Source: Patescibacteria group bacterium
GTDB lineage: Bacteria > Patescibacteriota > Microgenomatia > UBA10105 > UBA927
Assembly (NCBI GenBank): GCA_038064215.1
Contig: JBBTTP010000066.1
Location: forward strand, 13,170 to 44,514
Reading direction: 5' to 3'
DNA: 31,345 nucleotides
Each line of letters starts with the position of its first letter. The stretch's first letter is position 1. Below, piece by piece: positions 17,292-24,008 of the stretch. The notes under the pieces were generated by a model, which was not told the origin of the DNA, did no database searches, and saw nothing but the letters and a program-made list of their open reading frames with translations. Both the position numbers and the translations under genes were made by a program.

Positions 17292-18308
17292 AGGTATGGC
17301 AGCGTTGTTTATTTTTGTCACCACTCCCATATAATTTTTTTCTGTTATTTCCCACGCATCAAAGCCAAAAGCATTGTCCCCCTTGGTTAAGCAAGCAAGT
17401 TTTTCATCTTTGATTGTGATTTCTGCCACGCGGTGAATAATAAGCTCCGGAAAATTGTGAAATGTAAAGGCAATAATATACCCCGATTTGACTTTACGAA
17501 AGGGTATTTTTTGAATGGCGAGGAGATTGCCTTTCCGGATAACCGGATACATACTGTTTGATGAGGCTTTGACGATGACAGAGCGGTGTTCCAGTGTTTT
17601 TTGAGTTGCCCAAATCATGGTTTCTTGTGTTTGATTCTGAAGTACTCCTTGATCAATAATGAGTACTCTATCGCAAAATTGTTGGAGTACTCCTATATCC
17701 TGCCAAGTAAATAAAATTGTTTTTGTACGCGGCAATGTCCTAAATACCGCAAGTCCTTTTTGCCGAAAATCCATATCCCCGACGCTGAGTCCTTCATCAA
17801 CAATAAGAATGTCCGGATCAGAGTGGGTAGCTATGGAAAAGCCAAGACGTAGTTTCATGCCTGCCGAATACGTAAAGAGCGGTGCGTCGATAAACCGGCC
17901 GATGGCAGCAAACGCGATAATACTTTTGAGTTTTTGGCTGATTTTATTTTTATTTACGCCCAGAAGCATAGCGTTGAGGTATATGTTCTGAATTCCGGTT
18001 AGTTCCGGATGGAATCCGGCTTCGAGATCTATCAAAGATACAATTCTGCCGTTAGTCTGGACCGTGCCGCTTGTGGGCGTCGTAATGCCGGCGATGATTT
18101 TGAGGAGGGTCGTCTTTCCCGACCCATTCGGGCCGATGATGCCGACCCGCTCCCCTTTCTTGATCGTGAGGTTCACGTCCTTCAGCGCCCAGAACTCCTC
18201 ATCTTTGCCCTTCGCTAGCCGCTCGACGAGCGTGGGCTTCTCGTGGTGGATGGTATATCTCTTTGAAACACCGGTGAGTTTTATGGCGATGTGTGTGTTT
18301 TGTCTCAT
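17286..18308 (-). CDS. wzt: Wzt-type polysaccharide ABC transporter ATPase fused to a C-terminal S24/S26-family peptidase domain
   Basis: Walker A GPNGSGKT, GFHPELTG, YSAGM and Walker B ILIVDE. The C-terminal ~105 aa carry SNSMYP...IIHRV...TKGDN. True start is 18308; the ORF-track extension is shadow of wzm. Confidence 0.85.
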   Translation of the reverse strand: MRQNTHIAIKLTGVSKRYTIHHEKPTLVERLAKGKDEEFWALKDVNLTIKKGERVGIIGPNGSGKTTLLKIIAGITTPTSGTVQTNGRIVSLIDLEAGFHPELTGIQNIYLNAMLLGVNKNKISQKLKSIIAFAAIGRFIDAPLFTYSAGMKLRLGFSIATHSDPDILIVDEGLSVGDMDFRQKGLAVFRTLPRTKTILFTWQDIGVLQQFCDRVLIIDQGVLQNQTQETMIWATQKTLEHRSVIVKASSNSMYPVIRKGNLLAIQKIPFRKVKSGYIIAFTFHNFPELIIHRVAEITIKDEKLACLTKGDNAFGFDAWEITEKNYMGVVTKINNAAIPL

Positions 18309-19072
18309 AGCCAGTCGTCGAAATTTTTGCTTTCCCGTTGAAATACTGTTATCCCCAGGATGGTGATGAGGACAATGACGCCGATATTGGATAGGAGCAT
18401 CCCCGGCCCCGGGCCGGGTAAACCCAGAAGTGCTTGTTGTAGCAGTTGGAGCATTGATGTTAACGGATTGAACCGCCAGAGCCAGAGGAGATGACGCGGG
18501 ATCATGGTAAGGGCGTACATGATGGGTGTGGCGTAAAACCAGATAATGAGGAGGGCGGAGACGAAGAAGCTGACGTCGCGGAATCGGACGTTGAGACTGG
18601 TGGTTAAAAGACTTAGCCCAACGGTAAACGTGAGCAATAAGATAAAACTCGCAAGAACAAGGGGAATGGATATCCATGAGATTGTCCCCAAAAAAAGCAC
18701 CGGGATGAGATACAAAAGAAATGCAAGAAAAAAATGGATGAAGTTGGACAGAATGATGGAGATCGGGATGACGGCATGAGGAAATCGTGCTTTCTTAATG
18801 AGGCTTCGCTCGTAGACGATAGACGGTGTTGCTTTAGAAAGCGAGAGCGAGAAAAAATTCCAGACCAGAAGTCCAATGAAAAGAAAGAAATAATAATTTT
18901 TGACCGGTTGCGCCAGAAGGAAGGTAAAGACAAATCCAATGACGAGCATTTGCAAAAGCGGATTGGCGACTAGCCAGAAAAATCCGAACACGGTGTGTTT
19001 GTACCGCGCCCGGAGTTCTTTTTCCGTCATGCCCCACAAGAGTTCCAAAAAGTGTTGCACTTGCCTGTTCAT
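18305..19072 (-). CDS. wzm: Wzm-type ABC-2 permease
   Basis: ELRARYKHTVFGFFWLVANPLLQM, LNVRFRDV, WFYATPIMY, NPLT. 4-bp overlap with wzt; start 19072. Confidence 0.92.
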   Translation of the reverse strand: MNRQVQHFLELLWGMTEKELRARYKHTVFGFFWLVANPLLQMLVIGFVFTFLLAQPVKNYYFFLFIGLLVWNFFSLSLSKATPSIVYERSLIKKARFPHAVIPISIILSNFIHFFLAFLLYLIPVLFLGTISWISIPLVLASFILLLTFTVGLSLLTTSLNVRFRDVSFFVSALLIIWFYATPIMYALTMIPRHLLWLWRFNPLTSMLQLLQQALLGLPGPGPGMLLSNIGVIVLITILGITVFQRESKNFDDWL

Positions 19073-19090
19073 GCGTCTATTATATGCTAA
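19073..19090. promoter_or_regulatory. Overlapping divergent -10 boxes: TATAAT (minus, 19079-19084) and TATTAT (plus, 19078-19083)
   Basis: 18-bp gap; boxes lie 6 and 7 nt from the ATGs at 19072 and 19091. Confidence 0.55.
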
Positions 19091-19606
19091 ATGTTTTCCC
19101 TTCTCTACCAACAGCGAAGAATAGGTAAGGGCGGTATGCCGTTTGCTCTGTATAAATTCCGCACGATGATCGCGGGGGCTGATGCCATGCAGAAAAAATT
19201 GCTTCCCCGCAATGAAGCAGATGGTCCGGTGTTTAAAATCCGCGATGATCCCCGCTTTACCCGTATAGGCAGATTTTTAAGCCACACGGGGCTTGACGAG
19301 TTGCCGCAGATTATCAATGTGATACGCGGTGAGATGGCGATCATCGGCCCGCGTCCGCTGCCTGCGGCAGAAGCTGCTAAACTCAAATCCTGGCAGAAGA
19401 AGCGCCACAGCGTGAAGCCCGGTATTATTTCTCCGTGGATCTTGGAGGGATATCATGCAAAGTCATTCAATGAATGGATGAAAAGCGACATTGCGTACGT
19501 CAAAACCAAGAGTATGTTGGGTGATGTGCGGTTGGGGTTCCGGGCGTGTCTGTTTATGGTCAGGCTTTTTGGGAAAGAATTAGAAGCCATATTGTCAAAC
19601 CGATAG
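19091..19606 (+). CDS. Bacterial sugar transferase (phosphoglycosyl transferase catalytic domain) lacking the N-terminal membrane helix
   Basis: QRRIGKGG..F.LYKFRTM, DDPRFT, GLDELPQ, IIGPRP, VKPGI. An in-frame TAA lies immediately upstream of the ATG. Confidence 0.85.
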   Translation: MFSLLYQQRRIGKGGMPFALYKFRTMIAGADAMQKKLLPRNEADGPVFKIRDDPRFTRIGRFLSHTGLDELPQIINVIRGEMAIIGPRPLPAAEAAKLKSWQKKRHSVKPGIISPWILEGYHAKSFNEWMKSDIAYVKTKSMLGDVRLGFRACLFMVRLFGKELEAILSNR

Positions 19607-19620
19607 CGTCCTTCTACAAT
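19592..19620 (+). promoter_or_regulatory. Sigma70-type promoter TTGTCA-17-TACAAT for the pilX-pilMNO block
   Basis: TTGTCA 19592-19597, TACAAT 19615-19620, ATG at 19627. Confidence 0.65.
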
Positions 19621-19626
19621 GGATGT

Positions 19627-20457
19627 ATGAGGAAAAAGCGCTCTTCCCAGTCCGGGCAAATCGTTTTGATCGTGTTGTTGGTTTTGACGATTGCCACCAC
19701 CATCGCATTGTCCCTCATCAGCAGGTCAACCACTGACGTCACCATCAGCAGTCAATTGGAAGATTCGTCACGGGCATTCGGTGCGGCGGAGGCCGGGATT
19801 GAGGAGGCGCTGAAGTCCGGCACCGGCACGGGAGGAGCAAAGGTGTTGACTGCCGGTGTCACCTATTCAGCTTCCGTGTCTTCTATCGGCGGCGCTGCCG
19901 GTGTATTTCAGTTTTCTAAAAAATCGTTCCGGGGAGTTACGGAAACGTTGTGGCTTGTGGCCCATAATGCCGACGGAAGCCTTGCAGAGACGCCCACCTA
20001 TACCAATCCATCTTTCAGTGTCTGCTGGACGAGTGAAACCACGAAGCCTGCTATTACAGCATCCATCCTCTATAAGCGCGCAGGGATGTATTATGTCGCA
20101 AAAGACGCGTTTGATCCGGATGCCGCGCGGGCCGCGGCCAATACATTTAACGGCGTTACTGCATCGTCCGGCGGGTGCGGGGTCCCGTCGATGTATCGCA
20201 GGCTTATCACGTTTGCCGATTACGGCATAAATCCGGTGACGGATACGCTCCTCATGCTTCGCATTCGCCCGGTGTATAGTGATACACAGCTGGCAATTGA
20301 CGCTCCCGTCGCGTTGCCGCTTCAGGGAAATAAAATTGAATCCAGTGGCACAACCGGTGCGGGTATTACACGAAAAATATTGGTCTACCGCCAATATCAC
20401 GTAGCGAGCGGAATTTTTGATAGATCATTGTATAGCCAGTCGTCATTAAGTCATTAA
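19627..20457 (+). CDS. PilX/GspK-like minor pilin
   Basis: QSG|QIVLIVLLVLTIATTIAL lacks E+5, as PilX/GspK do; RAFGAAEAGIE is PilX-like. Confidence 0.8.
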   Translation: MRKKRSSQSGQIVLIVLLVLTIATTIALSLISRSTTDVTISSQLEDSSRAFGAAEAGIEEALKSGTGTGGAKVLTAGVTYSASVSSIGGAAGVFQFSKKSFRGVTETLWLVAHNADGSLAETPTYTNPSFSVCWTSETTKPAITASILYKRAGMYYVAKDAFDPDAARAAANTFNGVTASSGGCGVPSMYRRLITFADYGINPVTDTLLMLRIRPVYSDTQLAIDAPVALPLQGNKIESSGTTGAGITRKILVYRQYHVASGIFDRSLYSQSSLSH

Positions 20458-20463
20458 CCTGCC

Positions 20464-21492
20464 ATGAACACTAGCGTTGGATTGGATATCGGATCGCACA
20501 GTATTAAATTGGTCGAACTGGTGAAAGACAAGACCGGTATAACGCTTCGTGCGGCCGGCATGAGCCCGACGCCGCCTAAATCGCTTTCCTCCACGCTTGC
20601 TGCTGACACAGAAGCACTTGCCGTAGCAATCAAAAAATTACTCACCGACGCCGGCGTCTCGACGCGCGAAGTCTCTATTGCGCTTCCTGAATCACAGGTA
20701 TTTACCCGCGTTATCGAAGTGCCGCAGTTATCGAGCCGCGAGCTTTCCTCCGCTATTCAATGGGAGGCGGAACAATATATCCCGTTGCCGTTGGCACAGG
20801 TGAACGTGGATTTTACGGTACTGCGGGAAAGCCGCGAAACCGGGACGAATAAAATGGAAGTGCTTCTCGTGGCTGCTCCGAAAGTGCTTTTGGAAAAATA
20901 TCTGCATATTCTTGAACTTGCGGGCGTGGATGTGGTCGGGGCAGAAACGGAAATCATCGCTGCGTCCCGCGCGCTTGTCCGCACCGTGCCGACGGTGAAA
21001 ACCGTTATGGTCGTTTCCCTGGGGGCTCAGACGACGGATTTGGCAATTCTGCGCGGCGGCGTGATCGCTTTTACCCGTTCTATCAGTGCGGGTGGTGAGG
21101 CGTTATCCCGTGCGGTGGCACAAGGGTTGGATTTTAATCTGTCCCAGGCGGAAGAGTTTAAGAAAACGTACGGTGTGGAGCGGGATAAATTGGAAGGAAA
21201 AATCGTGGCCGCCACCAAGCCGGTTATGGATACGATCGTTGCGGAGATGACGCGGGCAAAATCTTTTTATGAAGGGAAATACACCAATGAACGCATTGAA
21301 ACCGTGCTGTTAAGCGGCGGGACCGCCAGACTTCCCGGCATGGTAGTATTTGTGGCTGAAGTCATGGGTGTGGAGGTACAACTTGCTAATCCGTGGGTGG
21401 GTATCCGGAAAGATCCGCGATTTGCGGCACTGGAGGCAGAAGGATCGGTATTTAGTGTGGCAGTGGGTTTGGCCCTTCGGGGCTCAGGATAA
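20464..21492 (+). CDS. pilM: Type IV pilus assembly protein PilM
   Basis: VGLDIGSHSIKLV, AIQWEAEQYIP, VSLGAQTTD, LSGGTARL, SVAVGLALR (actin-like fold). Confidence 0.95.
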   Translation: MNTSVGLDIGSHSIKLVELVKDKTGITLRAAGMSPTPPKSLSSTLAADTEALAVAIKKLLTDAGVSTREVSIALPESQVFTRVIEVPQLSSRELSSAIQWEAEQYIPLPLAQVNVDFTVLRESRETGTNKMEVLLVAAPKVLLEKYLHILELAGVDVVGAETEIIAASRALVRTVPTVKTVMVVSLGAQTTDLAILRGGVIAFTRSISAGGEALSRAVAQGLDFNLSQAEEFKKTYGVERDKLEGKIVAATKPVMDTIVAEMTRAKSFYEGKYTNERIETVLLSGGTARLPGMVVFVAEVMGVEVQLANPWVGIRKDPRFAALEAEGSVFSVAVGLALRGSG

Positions 21493-21520
21493 ACCCTTCG
21501 GGGCTCAGGATAAACCCTTC
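21473..21520 (+). repeat. 21-bp tandem repeat CCCTTCGGGGCTCAGGATAAA x2 plus partial copy; each unit has a CCC-TTCG-GGG hairpin
   Basis: Units at 21473-21493 and 21494-21514, partial at 21515-21520; spans the pilM stop codon. Confidence 0.9.
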
Positions 21521-21521
21521 T

Positions 21522-22064
21522 ATGAAAGAACAAAGTACAATTAACTTGGTACGAACGAAATCCGAGTCGCCGGAAGTTTTGGTATGGACAAATCGTCTGC
21601 GTATGGCCGGTACCATTGGTATGGGAGGATTGTTGGTTGTTGGCCTTGTTTTGGGGGGTGTCTACGCGTTCCTTCGACGTGAGACAGAAACGCTTGTACA
21701 AAATAAAGCAGAATTGACATCACAGATCAGTCAGGAGCGCGTGAAAGAAGGCTTGTTACTTTCTTTAAAGCAGCGGATTGGTGTGGCTGCAAAGATTGGC
21801 GAGACCCAACGGTCGCTTGGGGTGATACTGGATACTATAAACCGCATCGCGGATCCAAACGAGCTGCTTGCGGTCACAAGCGATGAAAAACAGCAGATCC
21901 GTATTATCGTGAAAACCGGGAGCGTGGAAGAGGCGGCCGGGGTGATCGCGAATGTTTTCCGTATGGTTTTGGCCAAGCGGGTGATCAATCCGCAGCTCGT
22001 TGGCCTTGATTTGGGTTCAGACGGCAGCGTCCGTATGACCATAGCGTTTGTTCACAGTTCGTAG
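21522..22064 (+). CDS. PilN-like alignment-complex protein
   Basis: N-terminal INLV (PilM-binding INLL-like motif), one TM helix, coiled coil; follows pilM. Confidence 0.7.
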   Translation: MKEQSTINLVRTKSESPEVLVWTNRLRMAGTIGMGGLLVVGLVLGGVYAFLRRETETLVQNKAELTSQISQERVKEGLLLSLKQRIGVAAKIGETQRSLGVILDTINRIADPNELLAVTSDEKQQIRIIVKTGSVEEAAGVIANVFRMVLAKRVINPQLVGLDLGSDGSVRMTIAFVHSS

Positions 22065-22076
22065 TTTTTTTTACTT

Positions 22077-22820
22077 ATGATGACACTCGTGCGGCGGTTT
22101 TTAAAAATGTATAAAGGAATGGCGGTAAGTGCCGGAATGATCCTGATATCCGTCATCGGCGTGATATACGGCATTATGCCAGCTACGCAGCGGATACTGG
22201 AGCTTGCGGACCAGCGCAAGAATCTTGCGGAAGAAGTACAGACATTGAAAACGAAACGAGCAGTTTTGGAAAGTGTGGATGAAGGCGCGATTCGGAATTC
22301 TTTATTGATTCTGTTGAGCGCAGTACCTTCTGATAAATCTATCCCCTCGATTTTTTCCACCATTGAACAGACAGCTCTCGTCAGCGGCGCTTTGATCGAC
22401 ACGGTTGCCATAGCAAACCCCGGATCATTGGCGACGGAGTCTGCACAAAAACAAAGCAACGAAGAAAAAAAATTAGGCAGCGGCATCATTGCATTCACCG
22501 TTTCTGTGAATGGAACGCCCAAGCAAATCCGCGATTTTTTGGACCAGGTGGTGCGGGTGCGCAGATCGCTGCGTATTCGCTACGCGGATGTGTCGTTTTT
22601 TTCCGGTACAAAAGCGACGCTCCGCACGGGACTGGATGCATTTTGGACCCCATTACCTGCTTCGTTGGGTGGGACGACGAGCCCGGTGCAGCAGTTGACG
22701 CAAAGTGAAGAATCCATGATGAAAACCCTATCAGCAATGCCGGCTTTTAGCACGCCGGATGCCGGTCCTGCGAGCGGTTCAGCTGCTCTGTCTCCTTCTC
22801 GTGATCCGTTTGCTCCGTAA
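22077..22820 (+). CDS. PilO-like alignment-complex protein
   Basis: N-terminal TM, coiled coil, VPSDKSIP and FLDQVVRVRRSLRI; follows the pilN-like gene. Confidence 0.75.
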   Translation: MMTLVRRFLKMYKGMAVSAGMILISVIGVIYGIMPATQRILELADQRKNLAEEVQTLKTKRAVLESVDEGAIRNSLLILLSAVPSDKSIPSIFSTIEQTALVSGALIDTVAIANPGSLATESAQKQSNEEKKLGSGIIAFTVSVNGTPKQIRDFLDQVVRVRRSLRIRYADVSFFSGTKATLRTGLDAFWTPLPASLGGTTSPVQQLTQSEESMMKTLSAMPAFSTPDAGPASGSAALSPSRDPFAP

Positions 22821-23534
22821 CAGAAGACTGTACGGAGTAAACTCCGTAAACGATTTTATTTTTAAGAGGTCCGGCCGACGGTTTTTGGTGTTGGCGAGTT
22901 GTTGAATTTTTTTCCACTTATCGATTGCTGCGTGATTGCCGGATAGCAGGACATTCGGCACAGCCATGCCGTTAAATTCTTTCGGTCTTGTATACTGCGG
23001 ATACTCGAGGAGCGGCTGCGTAAACGATTCATCCAGTGTCGCTGTATCCTTTTTTAGTACGCCGGGCAATAATCTCACCACGCTATCTATCAGTACCATA
23101 GCCGGGATTTCTCCGCCGGTTACAATAAAATCGCCAATGGAAATAGTTTCATCTACAAGTGACCGGACCCGTTCATCCACGCCTTCATAGTGGCCGCAGA
23201 TGAGGATGAGGTGGTCTATCGAGCTTAGTTCTTTTGCTTTGGCTTGCGTATATGGTGTCCCCTGCGGATCAAGCAAAATTGTTTTGCAAGAGGTCCTCTT
23301 GCAAAGAGCCTTCATATGCTCTAGTGCGCGGTTGACGACATCGACCCTCATAATCATTCCTACCCCTCCACCGTACGGATGGTCGTCGACGGTTTTATAC
23401 GTATCAGAGGAAAAATCTCTGATATTCACAAAATTGATGTGGACAATATTTTTATCTTTTGCGCGCCGGATGATCGAGTGGTCAAACGGCCCGGCAAACA
23501 TTTCGGGAAAGAGAGTGAGAATACTAATGGTCAT
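22779..23534 (-). CDS. trmD: tRNA (guanine37-N1)-methyltransferase
   Basis: ISILTLFPEMF, VDDHPYGGGVGM, CGHYEGVDER, SIGDFIVTGGE, EYPQYTRP, LLSGNH. Start at 23534. Confidence 0.97.
   Translation of the reverse strand: MTISILTLFPEMFAGPFDHSIIRRAKDKNIVHINFVNIRDFSSDTYKTVDDHPYGGGVGMIMRVDVVNRALEHMKALCKRTSCKTILLDPQGTPYTQAKAKELSSIDHLILICGHYEGVDERVRSLVDETISIGDFIVTGGEIPAMVLIDSVVRLLPGVLKKDTATLDESFTQPLLEYPQYTRPKEFNGMAVPNVLLSGNHAAIDKWKKIQQLANTKNRRPDLLKIKSFTEFTPYSLLLRSKRITRRRQSS
22831..22848. repeat. Hairpin TACGGAGT-AA-ACTCCGTA at the convergent pilO/trmD junction (REP-like or terminator-like)
   Basis: Perfect 8-bp stem; partial copy CTCCGTAA at 22813-22820; no clear U-tract. Confidence 0.55.
23283..23305. 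repeat. 23-bp palindrome TTTGCAAGAGGTCCTCTTGCAAA, copy 2 (inside trmD)
   Basis: Identical to 799-821. Confidence 0.9.
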
Positions 23535-23763
23535 TTTCCGCAACTTCCACATCTGCGTACACGTTGTGTTTGGCCGCAATGAGCTTAATGAGATCCCGGA
23601 GCGCCCGTATAATGCGTCCGCTTTTCCCGATGACCTTGCCCATATCCTCGGGGTGGACGTGGATCGTGAGCATGGTTCGTTCGCTGTCCGTGTTTTCATC
23701 AATCACGATGTCATCCGGGTGATCGACAATGCTCGTCAGGAGGAAGTGGAGCGTGTCCTTCAT
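23524..23763 (-). CDS. khpA: KH-domain RNA-binding protein (KhpA family)
   Basis: VHPEDMGKVIGKSGRIIRALR; lies after rpsP. Confidence 0.9.
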   Translation of the reverse strand: MKDTLHFLLTSIVDHPDDIVIDENTDSERTMLTIHVHPEDMGKVIGKSGRIIRALRDLIKLIAAKHNVYADVEVAENDH

Positions 23764-23996
23764 GATGGGATACTCTCAAAAAGTTTTTTGATCGCCGGTG
23801 TTGGTTGTGCACCTTTTGAAATCCAATAGGCTATTCGGTCGCGTTTGAGTTCGATATGCGCAGGTTTAATCAATGGGTTATAAAATCCCAGGATTTCGAT
23901 CGCACGGCCGTCTCGGCGTTTGCCTTCTTCTATAGCAACGATGCGGTATGTTTTTCTATTTGTGGATCCAGTTTGCGTGAGTCGAATTTTGACCAT
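23760..23996 (-). CDS. rpsP: 30S ribosomal protein S16
   Basis: MVKIRL...YRIVA...RRDGRAIEILGFYNP...WISKGAQPT. Confidence 0.97.
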   Translation of the reverse strand: MVKIRLTQTGSTNRKTYRIVAIEEGKRRDGRAIEILGFYNPLIKPAHIELKRDRIAYWISKGAQPTPAIKKLFESIPS

Positions 23997-24008
23997 GAGA
24001 GTATTTTA

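Noticed and set aside
18004-18019. Hairpin CCGGAT-GGA-ATCCGG in wzt
   Set aside because: Encodes the conserved GFHPE motif; explained by protein constraint.
18401-18418. GC-rich hairpin in wzm (CCGGCC-CCG-GGCCGG)
   Set aside because: Encodes PGPGPG; single copy and explained by codon choice.
17286-18677. 463-aa ORF-track version of wzt
   Set aside because: The first 123 codons overlap wzm in another frame and look non-coding; the real start is 18308 at the ATGA overlap.
21473-21520. Possible mini CRISPR array
   Set aside because: The units are directly adjacent with no spacers, and no cas genes are present.
22779-23702. 307-aa ORF-track version of trmD
   Set aside because: The N-terminal 56 codons overlap khpA; TrmD homology begins at 23534.
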